Source: Alphaproteobacteria bacterium (GTDB taxonomy: Bacteria; Pseudomonadota; Alphaproteobacteria; Micropepsales; Micropepsaceae). Taken from it: 64,000 bases of DNA. Location of the stretch: the NCBI GenBank assembly GCA_016124385.1, contig WGNU01000003.1:27731-91730 (forward strand). The letters run 5' to 3'. The position numbers and the translations under genes were made by a program. Positions 1 through 9,745 of the stretch are shown here, in pieces; position 1 is the first letter of the stretch, and every line of letters begins with the position of its first letter. The notes beneath the pieces were generated by a model, which was not told the DNA's origin, searched no databases, and saw only the letters and a program-made list of their open reading frames with translations.

Positions 1-1023
1 GACGATCGTGGGCTCCTTCCAGCCGAGCTTTTCATAATGGTGATGGATGGGCGCCATCAGGAAGACGCGCTTGCCCGTCAATTGGAACGAGGCGACCTGG
101 ACGATCACCGAAACCGCCTCCATCACGAAGAGGCCGCCGACGATGGCGAGCACGATCTCGTGCTTGGTCGCGACCGCGATGGCGCCGAGCGCGCCGCCGA
201 GCGCGAGCGATCCCGTATCGCCCATGAAGACCATCGCGGGCGGCGCGTTGAACCACAGGAACGCGAGCCCTGCCCCCAGCAGCGCCCCGCCGAAGATCGC
301 GATCTCACCGGTGCCGGGAATGAAATGGATCTGCAGATATTCGGCGAACACCGCGTTGCCGACGAGATAGGAGATGAGCGCGAAGGCCGCCGCCGCGATC
401 ATCACCGGCACGATCGCGAGCCCGTCGAGCCCGTCGGTGAGATTGACCGCGTTCGAGGCGCCGACGATGACGAGGCACCCGAAGGCGAGGAACGCGATGC
501 CGAGCGGCAGCAGGAATTCCTTGAACACCGGCACCGCGACCATGCCAGAGAGGCCCGCCGGCTGGAACTGCATGATCCACCAGGTCGCCGCCACCGCGAT
601 CGCAAATTCGAGGACGAGCTTCACCTTGCCGCCCACGCCCTTGGAGGATTGCTTCGTCACCTTCATGTAGTCGTCGTAGAAACCGATGAGGCCGTAGCCG
701 GCGGTGACGAACAGCACCGCCCACACGTAAGGGTTCTCAAGGTTCGCCCAGAGCAGCGTCGCCACGAACAGCGAGATGAGGATCAGGAAGCCGCCCATTG
801 TGGGCGTGCCGCGCTTGGTGAGGAGATGCGTCTCGGGCCCGTCGTCGCGGATCGGCTGGCCCTTGCCCTGCTTCAGCCGCAGCCAGTTGATGAGCGCGGG
901 CCCGAAGATCAGTCCAATCGCGAGCGCGGTCATGATCGCGCCGCCGGTGCGGAACGTGATGTAGCGGAACAGATTGAAGATCTGATACTCGTCCGCCAGC
1001 GGCACGAAGAAATACGGTAGCAA
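1..1023 (-). CDS. mraY: phospho-N-acetylmuramoyl-pentapeptide transferase MraY (3' end runs off the window)
   Basis: Absent from the ORF track because the frame leaves the window. My minus-strand translation from TTG at 1023 reads [29 protein letters not shown]...[13 protein letters not shown]...[11 protein letters not shown]...[15 protein letters not shown]. Lies directly downstream of murF in canonical dcw order. Confidence 0.93.
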   Translation of the reverse strand, partial: MLPYFFVPLADEYQIFNLFRYITFRTGGAIMTALAIGLIFGPALINWLRLKQGKGQPIRDDGPETHLLTKRGTPTMGGFLILISLFVATLLWANLENPYVWAVLFVTAGYGLIGFYDDYMKVTKQSSKGVGGKVKLVLEFAIAVAATWWIMQFQPAGLSGMVAVPVFKEFLLPLGIAFLAFGCLVIVGASNAVNLTDGLDGLAIVPVMIAAAAFALISYLVGNAVFAEYLQIHFIPGTGEIAIFGGALLGAGLAFLWFNAPPAMVFMGDTGSLALGGALGAIAVATKHEIVLAIVGGLFVMEAVSVIVQVASFQLTGKRVFLMAPIHHHYEKLGWKEPTIV

Positions 1024-1035
1024 GCGAGCCTCCCC

Positions 1036-2436
1036 TTAAGTCGCCTGCGGCGCCTTGAGCGCCTCGATGACGATGCGCATACGGCTGCCGAACGAGCCCT
1101 TGACCATGATGACATCGCCGGCCCGAAGGCTTTCGGCGACGAGCGGCGCGAGCGCCTGCGAATGCGGCGCGTGCGCGCCCCGGCGCGCCTGCGGCAGCGC
1201 CTCGAAGAGATGCTCCATCAACGGCCCGCAGGCAAACACGCGGTCGATCTTGGCCTCGCTGAGCGCCGCGGCGAGGCCGGCATGGAGCGCGGGCGCTTGC
1301 GGCCCGAGCTCGAGCATGTCGCCGAGCACGGCGATCCGTTTGCCGCCGCGCCCCGTCGGCGTCTGGGCGAGGAGTGCGATCGCGGCCCGCATCGAGGAGG
1401 GGTTGGCGTTGTAGCTCTCATCGATGAGGGTCGCTTCGCCCCCTGGCACAACCACCCGGCTGCGCGCGCCGCGCCCGCCGACCGGGGCGACGTTCACGAA
1501 TTGCGCGGCCGCGTCCGCGACCGGTACGCCGACCCCGTGCGCCGTCAAGAGCGCGCCGAGCCCGTTCATCACGAAATGCGCGCCCGGAACGCCGATCCGG
1601 AAGGTGATCGCCGTGCCGAACAGCGCGGCCGTGACGGTCGATCCCTCGGGGTCGAGGTCGGCATCGATGAGGCGTGCCTCGCAGCCCTCGCTTGTCCCGA
1701 ACCGCCACACCGCGCCCGCCCCCGCCGCGCGCGCGTGGTCGGCGACCCGCGCGCCGTGCGGATTGTCCATGTTGACGACCGCGATGCCGCCGGGCGCGAG
1801 GCCGGTAAAGATCGCGGCCTTTTCATCCGCGATCGCCTCGACGGAGGTGAAATTCTCCAGATGCACGGCCTCGACGGTCGTCACGAGCGCGCAATGGGGT
1901 TTGGCGAGCGCGGACAAAGGCGCGATCTCGCCGGGATGGTTCATGCCGATCTCGATGACGCCGAACGCGGCCGCGCGCGGCATCCGCGCGAGCGTCAGCG
2001 GCACGCCCCAATGATTGTTGTAGGAGGCCGCCGCCGCGTGCACCGCGCCGAAGGCCGAAAGCACCGTGCGGAGCGCTTCCTTCGTGCTGGTCTTGCCGAC
2101 GCTCCCGGTGACCGCCGCGATCTTCCCCGTGCTGCGCGCCCGCGCCGCGACGCCGAGCGCCCGCAGACCTTCCAGCGTGTCGGCGCACACGAGAAGCGGC
2201 GCATCGGCCGCGACATCGCCCGGTCGCCGCGCGATCAGCGCCGCCGCCGCGCCCTTGTGGAGCGCATCGGCGACGAACGCATGGCCATCGCGCGCATCGC
2301 CCTGCAGCGCGACGAAGAGATCGCCGGGCTGGAGCGTGCGCGTGTCGATCGAGATGCCGTTCGCGCGCCACGTGCCGCACGCCCGCCCGCCGGTCGCCTG
2401 CGCCGCCTCTTCGCTGGTCCACAGCGGCTCGCTCAT
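1036..2436 (-). CDS. murF: UDP-N-acetylmuramoyl-tripeptide--D-alanyl-D-alanine ligase
   Basis: 466-aa ORF with the Mur ligase P-loop (AVTGSVGKTSTKE) and MurF-like ends. Overlaps the murE stop by 4 nt. dcw context. Confidence 0.95.
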   Translation of the reverse strand: MSEPLWTSEEAAQATGGRACGTWRANGISIDTRTLQPGDLFVALQGDARDGHAFVADALHKGAAAALIARRPGDVAADAPLLVCADTLEGLRALGVAARARSTGKIAAVTGSVGKTSTKEALRTVLSAFGAVHAAAASYNNHWGVPLTLARMPRAAAFGVIEIGMNHPGEIAPLSALAKPHCALVTTVEAVHLENFTSVEAIADEKAAIFTGLAPGGIAVVNMDNPHGARVADHARAAGAGAVWRFGTSEGCEARLIDADLDPEGSTVTAALFGTAITFRIGVPGAHFVMNGLGALLTAHGVGVPVADAAAQFVNVAPVGGRGARSRVVVPGGEATLIDESYNANPSSMRAAIALLAQTPTGRGGKRIAVLGDMLELGPQAPALHAGLAAALSEAKIDRVFACGPLMEHLFEALPQARRGAHAPHSQALAPLVAESLRAGDVIMVKGSFGSRMRIVIEALKAPQAT

Positions 2437-3881
2437 GCCCGGCCTCCCATCTCGCGGAGCGCCGCCCGCGCGACCAGAAGGTCGTTGAAGGGATGAACGA
2501 TGCCCGCGACGATCTGTCCTTCTTCGTGACCCTTGCCCGCGATGACGAGAATATCGCCCGCGCCGAGCGCCGCGATGCCGCTCTTGATCGCCTCCGCCCG
2601 GTCGGCGATCTCCTCGGCCGCGGGTGCGCCGTCGAGCACGGCCTCGCGGATGCGCGCGGGATCTTCCGAACGCGGATTATCGTCCGTGACGATGACGTGA
2701 TCGGCGAGCCGCGCCGCCGCGCGCCCCATCAGGGGCCGCTTGCCGGGATCGCGGTCGCCGCCGCAGCCGATGATGATGTGAAGTCTGCCCGTCACGTGCG
2801 GGCGCACGGCCGCGAGCACCGTCTCGACCGCGTCCGGCGTATGCGCGTAATCGACATAGACGCGCGCGCCTGTGGGCGTCGCGCCCGCGGCTTCCAGCCG
2901 CCCCGGCGCGCCGGTGAGATGAGCGAGCGCCTCGATCACCGCGTCCACCGCGCCGCCGAGCCCGATCACGAGCCCCGCCGCGACGAGCGCGTTCTCGACC
3001 TGAAACCGCCCGGGCAGCGGGAAATGGAACTCGCGCTTCCGCCCGGCGATCTCGAGCGTGATCGTCTGGCCATCCATCTTCGGCGTTTGCGCGAGCAGCC
3101 GCAGATCCTTGCCGCGCGCGCCGGCCGTCATGAGGCGCAGCCCGCGCGTGCCGGCGATCTCGGCGAAGAACTCCGCGCCCGCGCCGTCCGCGTTGACGAC
3201 GGCAAGGCCGTCCCGCGGCAGCAATTCGGTGAAGAGCCGCGCCTTCGCGTCGCGGTAGTCTTCGAAGGTCGGGTGATAGTCGAGATGGTCGCGCGTGAGG
3301 TTCGTGAACCCCGCCGCCGCGAGTGTCACCCCGTCGAGGCGGTATTGCGCGAGACCGTGGCTCGACGCCTCCATCGCCAGATGCGTGACGCCCTTCTCCG
3401 CGAGGACGTCCAGCTTCTGATGCAGCTCCACCGGATCGGGCGTCGTGTGCGAGAGCGGCAAATGCCCGAACGGCGTATCGACGCCAAGCGTGCCGAGGCT
3501 GGCGGAGGCCAAGCCCAGCTTTGCCCAGATCTGCCGCGTGAAACCGGCGACGGACGTCTTCCCGTTCGTGCCGGTGACGGCCGCGATGACCGAAGGCTGG
3601 CGGCCATAGAACCGCGCCGCGAGGAGCGCCAGGCGCTGCCTCGGATTGGCATCGACGATGATCGCGGCGCCGGGCGCGCTTGGCACATCGCCATCGCTCG
3701 GGATGAGGATCGCCACCGCCCCGCGCGCGAGCGCATCGGGGATGAACCGCCGCCCGTCCGTCGCCGTCCCCGGCAGCGCCGCGAACAGGAATCCCGGCTT
3801 CACCGCGCGGCTATCTGCGGTCAGGCCCGAAATCTCAGGGCCCCCGGCACGCGGATCATCGATGAGGTCGCTCAGTTTCAT
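2433..3881 (-). CDS. murE: UDP-N-acetylmuramoyl-L-alanyl-D-glutamate--2,6-diaminopimelate ligase
   Basis: 482-aa ORF with AVTGTNGKTS P-loop, a DNPR motif (VTDDNPRSEDP) and a Mur ligase C-terminal domain. Sits between ftsI and murF. Confidence 0.95.
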   Translation of the reverse strand: MKLSDLIDDPRAGGPEISGLTADSRAVKPGFLFAALPGTATDGRRFIPDALARGAVAILIPSDGDVPSAPGAAIIVDANPRQRLALLAARFYGRQPSVIAAVTGTNGKTSVAGFTRQIWAKLGLASASLGTLGVDTPFGHLPLSHTTPDPVELHQKLDVLAEKGVTHLAMEASSHGLAQYRLDGVTLAAAGFTNLTRDHLDYHPTFEDYRDAKARLFTELLPRDGLAVVNADGAGAEFFAEIAGTRGLRLMTAGARGKDLRLLAQTPKMDGQTITLEIAGRKREFHFPLPGRFQVENALVAAGLVIGLGGAVDAVIEALAHLTGAPGRLEAAGATPTGARVYVDYAHTPDAVETVLAAVRPHVTGRLHIIIGCGGDRDPGKRPLMGRAAARLADHVIVTDDNPRSEDPARIREAVLDGAPAAEEIADRAEAIKSGIAALGAGDILVIAGKGHEEGQIVAGIVHPFNDLLVARAALREMGGRA

Positions 3882-3885
3882 GGCG

Positions 3886-5556
3886 TCATTGATCGTTCAC
3901 GACAGCGATTTGCGGTCCGTCGGAGGGCCCCGCGACGGCTTGATCCTCGGGAATAAGACCCAACATGGGCGCAATCCGGGCGATGATTCGGCCGCAAGTG
4001 GGCGCGGCCGTCCACCCGCCCGTGGCATATCCGTGCGTTTCCGCCGTTGGCTGTGGCTCATCGAGCAGGACGAGCACGAGATAGCGTGGCTGAAGCGCCG
4101 GAAAGACGCCGACGAACGAGGAGAGCAGCGCCTTGCGCGCGTAGCGTCCGCCCTGCGCCTTTTCCGCCGTCCCTGTTTTACCGCCGACCGGATAGCCGAT
4201 GACGTCGGCTTTGCCGCCCGTTCCCTCGCTCACGACCAGCCGCAGCAGCGTGCGCATCGAGGCGCTGACGTCTTCCGAGATGACCCGCTTGGCGCGGACT
4301 GGCCCCTCGGGCGAGCGCTTGAGAATGGTTGGCGGGATCATGAGCCCGCCATTCACCATCGCCGCCATCGCTGTCGCGGTCTGCAAGGGGCTGACGGCAA
4401 GGCCGTGCCCGAACGAGATCGTCATCGTCTCGACCGGCCCCCATTGCGGCGGCAGCAGGGGCGGCGCCACCTCGGCGATCTCGATCGCGGGCGCGCTGAG
4501 GAGGCCGAAGCGGGAGAGATACGCGCGCTGGCGCTCAGGGCCGGTCGCCATCGCCATCCGCGCCGAGCCGATATTGGAGGAATATTGAAAGATCTCGGGC
4601 ACGCTCAGCCAGCGCGCCTCGGGGTGATAGTCGGAGATGGTGAAGCGCCCGATGCGGATCGGCTGGGAGGCATCGAACCCGTCGCGGATGGTGACGACGC
4701 CCGCGTCGAGCGCCATGGCGGTCGTGAACGTCTTGAAGGTGGAGCCCATCTCATAGACGCCGAGCGTTGCGCGGTTGAAGCGCGTTTCTGCCGGGCTGTC
4801 GGCGGGATGGTTGGGATCGAAATCGGGCACCGACGCCATCGCCAGCACTTCGCCCGAATGAACGTCGAGCACGATGCCGGTCGCCCCGACCGCGCGGAAC
4901 TCTTCGCTCGCGGCCGCAAGCTCGTCGGCCACGACATGCTGGACGCGCAGATCGAGCGAGAGCGTCAGCGGCGCCCCGCCGCGCGCGGGATCGCGCAAGC
5001 GCTGATCGAGCGCGCGCTCGACGCCTGCGAGCCCGCGATTGTCGATGTCGACGAAGCCGACCACGTGCGCCGCGGTCCGCCCGACCGGATAGACGCGCTT
5101 GGTCTCGCGCCGCACGCCCAGCCCCGCGATCCCAAGCGAGCGCACCTGCGCATATTGCGCGGGCGTGAGGTCGCGCTTGATCCACACGAACGCCAAGCCG
5201 GAGGAAAGCTTGCGCTCGAGGCTCGCCTCATCGAGTTCCGGCAGAATGGAAACGAGCGCGGCGGCGGCTTCCTTCGGGTCCCAGATATGCCGCGCATCGG
5301 CGTAGAGCGCATCGACCGGCACTTCCGTTGCGAGCAGCCGCCCGTCGCGGTCGACGATGTCGGCGCGCGTGAGCGTCGTCGCGGCGCTGCGCACCGGCGC
5401 GGTCGTTGCGACCTGCTGTGCCTCGGTCGCGATCACGAAAAGCCGCATGACGACGGTCGCGAACGCCGCCGCGAACAACCCGGCCGCCAGCATCGCACGC
5501 TGGCGCCGCCGGACGGCGACCGCGCGATGGGGGTAAGGGAGGCGGCGGGTGCGCAT
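3886..5556 (-). CDS. ftsI: peptidoglycan D,D-transpeptidase FtsI (PBP3)
   Basis: Class B PBP with SxxK (GSTFKTF), SSN (YSSNIG) and KTG (GGKTGTA) motifs. I place the start at the internal ATG at 5556 (MRTRRLPY...), which overlaps the ftsL stop; the longer track ORF to 5763 would overlap ftsL entirely. Confidence 0.9.
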   Translation of the reverse strand: MRTRRLPYPHRAVAVRRRQRAMLAAGLFAAAFATVVMRLFVIATEAQQVATTAPVRSAATTLTRADIVDRDGRLLATEVPVDALYADARHIWDPKEAAAALVSILPELDEASLERKLSSGLAFVWIKRDLTPAQYAQVRSLGIAGLGVRRETKRVYPVGRTAAHVVGFVDIDNRGLAGVERALDQRLRDPARGGAPLTLSLDLRVQHVVADELAAASEEFRAVGATGIVLDVHSGEVLAMASVPDFDPNHPADSPAETRFNRATLGVYEMGSTFKTFTTAMALDAGVVTIRDGFDASQPIRIGRFTISDYHPEARWLSVPEIFQYSSNIGSARMAMATGPERQRAYLSRFGLLSAPAIEIAEVAPPLLPPQWGPVETMTISFGHGLAVSPLQTATAMAAMVNGGLMIPPTILKRSPEGPVRAKRVISEDVSASMRTLLRLVVSEGTGGKADVIGYPVGGKTGTAEKAQGGRYARKALLSSFVGVFPALQPRYLVLVLLDEPQPTAETHGYATGGWTAAPTCGRIIARIAPMLGLIPEDQAVAGPSDGPQIAVVNDQ

Positions 5557-5924
5557 CAGAAGGAAACGCCTCCCAGAGAGGGCTTGCGGCGCGGAACGAA
5601 CGCGGGCGCGGGCACGCCGCGCAACGGCGGCAGCGCGCTCGGCAAATCCGCGCGGAAGGGGATCCGGTCGAGCGTCGAGATCTGCGTCGCACTCACCGAT
5701 TGAAGCGCGAGGTGCCGCTCGCTGAGCGCTTCGAGGCGCGCCGGCCGCACCAGATGCGACCACTCCGCGCGCAGCACATCGATTGTCTCGCGCTCGGCCT
5801 CGATCTTCTGCTCGATCGCGTTGAGGTCGCGCTGAGCCTGACGCGTCTCGTTGGTGATCTTATAGAGGCCGAAGCAGAGCGCGATCGTCAGCGCGAGCGT
5901 CGCGAGGTTGAGGGCTTGGATCAT
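5556..5924 (-). CDS. ftsL: cell division protein FtsL (alphaproteobacterial type)
   Basis: 122-aa ORF with one N-terminal TM helix ([15 protein letters not shown]) followed by a coiled-coil-like segment. Sits between rsmH and ftsI, overlapping both neighbours. Confidence 0.8.
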   Translation of the reverse strand: MIQALNLATLALTIALCFGLYKITNETRQAQRDLNAIEQKIEAERETIDVLRAEWSHLVRPARLEALSERHLALQSVSATQISTLDRIPFRADLPSALPPLRGVPAPAFVPRRKPSLGGVSF

Positions 5925-6898
5925 CGGCGCGGATCCTCGTTGGGCAGGCGGGGGGCCAGGGGGGTGAGCGCGCGGGGGCTGCGCTCGGTGCGAAGGGCGG
6001 CGCGCAATTTGGCGGAGCGCGCGCGGATGTTGCGGGCGGTCTCGGCCGCGCTGGCCGTGATCGGTCCGCGGAACTCGGCAAAACTCGCCGCGGCGTCGTC
6101 GGGCGCCACCGGCAGATGGCGCGAGCGGCCGGCGGTGCGGCCCGAGCGCTCGGCGAAGAATTGTTTGACGATCCGGTCTTCCAGCGAATTGAACGTGACG
6201 ACCGCGAGCCGCCCGCCGGGCGCGAGCACCCGCTCGGCCGCCGCGAGCCCGGCTTCGAGTTCGCTCAGTTCATCGTTCACCGCATAGCGCAGCGCCTGGA
6301 ACGTGCGGGTCGCGGGATCGATCTTGCCCCCGCCCTTGACGACGCGCGCGACGATCGCGGCGAGCGCGCCCGTCCGCGTGATCGGCCCCTCGCCGCGCGC
6401 CTTGACGAGCGCCCGCGCGATCGCGCGCGCCTGGCGCTCCTCGCCGAAATGGTGGAGCACATCGGCGAGCGCGCCCTCGCTGAGCCCGTTGACGAGATCG
6501 GCCGCGCTCGGGCCTTCCGCGCCCATCCGCATGTCGAGCGGCCCGTCGGCGCGGAACGAGAAGCCGCGCTCGGGATCATCGATCTGCGGCGAGGAGACGC
6601 CGATGTCGAAGACGATGCCGTCGCACGGAACGAAATCATGCGCCCGCGCCGCCGCTTCCAGATCGCTGAACCGGCAGAGCGCGAGCGTGAGACGGGGCGC
6701 CTCCGCGCGCGCCATCGCCTCGCCCGCCGCGATCGCCTGCGGGTCGCGGTCGAGCGCGAGCACGCGCGCGGCCTTGGCGGCAAGCAGCGCCTGCGTGTAG
6801 CCGCCCCGCCCGAACGTCGCATCGATGATCGAGGCGCCCGCGACCGGCTGCAGCGCGTCCAGCACTTCTTCGAGAAGGACGGGGATATGCGCGCTCAT
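5921..6898 (-). CDS. rsmH: 16S rRNA (cytosine1402-N4)-methyltransferase
   Basis: N-terminus [16 protein letters not shown]...[10 protein letters not shown] is the RsmH/MraW signature. Second gene of the dcw cluster. Confidence 0.95.
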   Translation of the reverse strand: MSAHIPVLLEEVLDALQPVAGASIIDATFGRGGYTQALLAAKAARVLALDRDPQAIAAGEAMARAEAPRLTLALCRFSDLEAAARAHDFVPCDGIVFDIGVSSPQIDDPERGFSFRADGPLDMRMGAEGPSAADLVNGLSEGALADVLHHFGEERQARAIARALVKARGEGPITRTGALAAIVARVVKGGGKIDPATRTFQALRYAVNDELSELEAGLAAAERVLAPGGRLAVVTFNSLEDRIVKQFFAERSGRTAGRSRHLPVAPDDAAASFAEFRGPITASAAETARNIRARSAKLRAALRTERSPRALTPLAPRLPNEDPRR

Positions 6899-7374
6899 GC
6901 GCCCTCTCCCTTCGCGCTCGCCTCGCCGTTCGCGTCGAGCAGATGCCGTCGCTCCGCCGCGAGCCGGCGCATCTCCGCGATCTTGGCGGCAAAGGATTCC
7001 GGCTTCCAGATCTCGAAATGATCGCCGAGGCCGACGAACGTAGCCGCCTCGCTCAATTCCGCATAGGCCATCAGCGGCTGCGGAAGGACGACGCGCCCCT
7101 CGCTGTCGAACGAGAGTTCGTGCACCGAGCCGAGCACGGCGTACTCGAAGGCATCGCGGGTCGCCGAATATTTCTGGAGCGTCTCGATCTTGGCGGCGAA
7201 GGCGTCCATGCCGTCCTTCGTGTAGCCCTCCAGATAGCGCCCTTGAAAGGACTCGAAGCAGGCGAAATCCCGCGCGCCGTCGGCCGTCAGGATCGCGCGG
7301 AAATGCGCGGGCACGCTGACCCGGCCTTTCGCATCGATCCGGTTGGTCACCGACGTGAGGAAGGGTTTGGTCAT
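6895..7374 (-). CDS. mraZ: division/cell wall cluster transcriptional regulator MraZ
   Basis: From the internal ATG at 7374 the product [26 protein letters not shown]... has the duplicated SpoVT/AbrB-like MraZ pattern (DxKGRxxxP, then DSEGRVVLP). The upstream extension in the track (to 7521) is Pro/Gly-rich and looks non-coding. Confidence 0.9.
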   Translation of the reverse strand: MTKPFLTSVTNRIDAKGRVSVPAHFRAILTADGARDFACFESFQGRYLEGYTKDGMDAFAAKIETLQKYSATRDAFEYAVLGSVHELSFDSEGRVVLPQPLMAYAELSEAATFVGLGDHFEIWKPESFAAKIAEMRRLAAERRHLLDANGEASAKGEGA

Positions 7375-7555
7375 GACGACGCCCAAACCTTCCCGGCCGC
7401 CTTGACCGGCTGTCGCGGACGCATACGCGCCATGCTGTTCGCCCCCTGCGCAGACCCGGCCGTCGTCCTTTGGGGGGCGTGGCGAAGGGACTTCAGGAGG
7501 AGGATTTGCCCTTGGCCGCACCGGACGCTTGGCACCGGTCCGTCATCCCGTCGCC

Positions 7556-7594
7556 GGGATGATTTGGGATACCATGGGACAATATGGGCGTCAA
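7556..7594 (-). promoter_or_regulatory. candidate Pmra promoter overlapped by four 10-bp-phased GGG boxes (possible MraZ operator)
   Basis: GGG at 7556, 7566, 7576 and 7586 (cGGGAtgatttGGGAtaccatGGGAcaatatGGGCg). On the minus strand, TTGACG (7594-7589), a 17-nt spacer, then TATCCC (7571-7566). Confidence 0.4.
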
Positions 7595-7827
7595 CGGAAA
7601 GTCTGGAATTTAGAAGGACTTACGGGGCCAATTTGGCACAGGGCGCGCCGGTGCGGCGGCGACCGTCGCCTCCAAAAAGGGGCGCGCGGCGGCGGGACGG
7701 GCGGAGAGCGGCCCCGCGACTCTCATCAGCGGCCCAAATCGGTTAACGAAAGGTAAAGAGGCCCCGCCGAAATGGCGGAAATCCGCGCCCATTGGCGCCC
7801 ACGCGGTCCCACTGCCTCAAGGGCCCA

Positions 7828-8195
7828 AAGTGTCAGATGGCCTGTAAGCCGGGTTCTGTCCCCGTTTCCGGGGGATGACCATTCCTCTGGGACGCTGATC
7901 GCTCAGCGCCTCGCGCGACCGACCCGAGCGACGAGCCGGAAACCGCCCATGTGCCGCTCCTATTTGGTCTTGCTCCCGGTGGGGCTTGCCGTGCCGTCTC
8001 TGTTGCCAGAGCCGCGGTGCGCTCTTACCGCACCGTTTCACCCTTGCCGGGACGAGCCCGGCGGTTTGTTTTCTGTGGCGCTATCCCTGAGGTCGCCCTC
8101 GCCGGGCGTTACCCGGCACCGTGCTTCCGTGGAGCCCGGACTTTCCTCCAGAGGCCGAAACCTCCAGCGGCCATCCGGCCATCTGACGGGTCTTA
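7828..8195 (-). ncRNA. rnpB: RNase P RNA, bacterial type A (ends approximate)
   Basis: The minus strand contains GGAGGAAAGTCCGGGCTCC (rc of 8131-8149), AAGGGTGAAACGGTGCGGTAAGAGCGCACC (rc of ~8016-8045) and GACAGAACCCGGCTTAC (rc of ~7844-7860). A P1 helix forms between GTCAGATGGCC (5' end, ~8177-8187) and GGCCATCTGAC (3' end, ~7832-7842). Confidence 0.93.
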
Positions 8196-8218
8196 CCTGC
8201 GCGCTCGGGCCCGCAAGG

Positions 8219-8908
8219 TCAAGCGAGCGCGGCGACCGCGCGCGCCAGGCCCGTCGTCTCCTCATCGGCGATGCCGTCGATCCGCGCGGTCCGATAGCGC
8301 CGCTGGAACGCGCGGATCACCGCCTCCAGCGGCCAGTCGACATGGGGCGGCACGCCATAGCCGATGGCGGAAAGCGCCGCCGCGATGGGCTGGCCGGGAT
8401 CGCCGCCCGGCCCGAGCGGCCAGAGCCCGATCCCCTCACTGGCGAGGCGCGCCCAGGGAAAGAGCTCGCCCGGATCTTCCTTCCGCGCGGGCGCGATGTC
8501 GGAATGGGCGACGATCCGCGCATCCGGAATGGCGTGCCGGCCCCGGATCGCATGGCAGAGCGCAATGACGCTCTCGATCTGGCGCGCCGGAAACGGCCGA
8601 TAGCCGAATTCGTGGCCCGGATTGACGATCTCGATCCCGATCGAGCGCGCGTTGATGTCGCTCGCCCCCGCCCAATAGGAAACGCCCGCGTGCCAGGCGC
8701 GGCGCCCCTCCGGCACCATCGCGTAGACGGTGCCGTCTTCGTCCACCGTGTAATGCGCGCTGACGCGGGCTTGCGGATCGCAGAGCCGCGCGATCGCCGC
8801 TTCCGCCGTCTTCATGCCCGTGTAGTGGAGCACGAGGATGTCGGGCTGAACGCCTTCGCCCCGCGCATCGTGATTGGGCGAGGCCCGCTCGATCCACTTG
8901 AAACTCAC
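8219..8908 (-). CDS. N-acetylmuramoyl-L-alanine amidase (amidase_2/AmpD-like) with C-terminal peptidoglycan-binding repeat
   Basis: Reads SPNHDAR...ILVLHYTGM...AHYTVDEDG...AWHAGVSYW...SIGIEIVN...HSDIAP, with a C-terminal IRAFQRRY...IDGIADEET segment. The GTG start at 8908 overlaps the upstream stop (GTGA). The track extension to 9139 is rejected. Confidence 0.85.
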   Translation of the reverse strand: MSFKWIERASPNHDARGEGVQPDILVLHYTGMKTAEAAIARLCDPQARVSAHYTVDEDGTVYAMVPEGRRAWHAGVSYWAGASDINARSIGIEIVNPGHEFGYRPFPARQIESVIALCHAIRGRHAIPDARIVAHSDIAPARKEDPGELFPWARLASEGIGLWPLGPGGDPGQPIAAALSAIGYGVPPHVDWPLEAVIRAFQRRYRTARIDGIADEETTGLARAVAALA

Positions 8909-9624
8909 GCGATCCCCCGCTCCTTCTTGATGAGCTCCCACGCGGCGTTGACGCGCGCGAGCTTTTCCGTCGCGACCGCGTGGAACTCCTCCGGCACGCC
9001 GCGCGCGGCGAGCATGTCCGGGTGGCTCTCTTTCACCTCGTAGAGATAGGCCTTCCGCACGTCGGCGTCGGACGCATCCGGCTCGACGTTGAGGATGGCG
9101 TAGGGGTCCGGCTCGCACGGGCCGCCATAGCCCGCGCAAAGCCGGTTGAAGGCGGATTCCGAGATGCCGAAAATCTCCGCGACCGTCTTCAGGAACGCGA
9201 TCTCGCTGTCGTGGATCGCCCCGTCCGCCGCCGCGATGAAGAAGAGCCCGTCGAGCAGATCCTCCAGCGTCCCCGGCCGGCCCTTCAGCCGCCGCGCGAT
9301 GTCGCGCGCATAGGAGTCGAACCCCGCCACGTCCTGCCGCGCGAGATCGAAAATGCGCTTGACGTTCGCCTCTTCTTCCGGCGGCACCTGGACGACCTTG
9401 CGGAACGCCTTGAACTCGGAATCACGCACGACGCCGTCGGCTTTCGCCATCTTGGCCGAGAGCGCGACCATGCCGATCGTGAACGCGAGCGATTCCTCGC
9501 CCGGCGCTCCGTCCTCGCGATCGAACAGCGCATGCCCCGCGAGCGCACCCAGCAGCGCGCCCAAGGGCCCGCCGCCGAGCACGAAGCCCGCCGCCGCGCC
9601 GCCGATTTTGCCCCAGATCGACAT
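8905..9624 (-). CDS. djlA: DjlA-like co-chaperone (N-terminal TM helix, TerB-like domain, C-terminal J domain)
   Basis: 239 aa. Gly/Ala-rich TM segment, a central TerB-like region (ADGVVRDSE...AADGAIHDSE), and a C-terminal J domain with HPD (DPYAILNVEPDASDADVRKAYLYEVKESHPD). Confidence 0.8.
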   Translation of the reverse strand: MSIWGKIGGAAAGFVLGGGPLGALLGALAGHALFDREDGAPGEESLAFTIGMVALSAKMAKADGVVRDSEFKAFRKVVQVPPEEEANVKRIFDLARQDVAGFDSYARDIARRLKGRPGTLEDLLDGLFFIAAADGAIHDSEIAFLKTVAEIFGISESAFNRLCAGYGGPCEPDPYAILNVEPDASDADVRKAYLYEVKESHPDMLAARGVPEEFHAVATEKLARVNAAWELIKKERGIA

Positions 9625-9745
9625 CTCATCCTGTCCTTAGGAAAAAGCGGGCGCACCCGCCACTCCCCTGCGCCGTCAACAAATCCGAAACCAACCTTCC
9701 CGCAAAGTGAAACCTCTGCTTGCCGCGACCGGGGAAGAGGGGTCC

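Noticed and set aside
37-2496. Long plus-strand ORFs (37..1020, 1162..2496) opposite mraY and murF
   Set aside because: They are Arg/Asp/Glu/Ala-rich low-complexity translations lying antisense to clearly conserved genes. This is a typical open-frame artefact of high GC content.
7741-7755. TTAACGAAAGGTAAA resembling a CtrA box (TTAA-N7-TTAA) between rnpB and mraZ
   Set aside because: It has one mismatch in the second half-site, is a single occurrence, and is not positioned near a mapped promoter. It could be chance.
7772-9043. 423-aa plus-strand ORF spanning the RNase P RNA and the amidase gene
   Set aside because: The region is explained by rnpB and by the amidase and djlA genes on the minus strand. 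The translation is Pro/Arg-rich nonsense.
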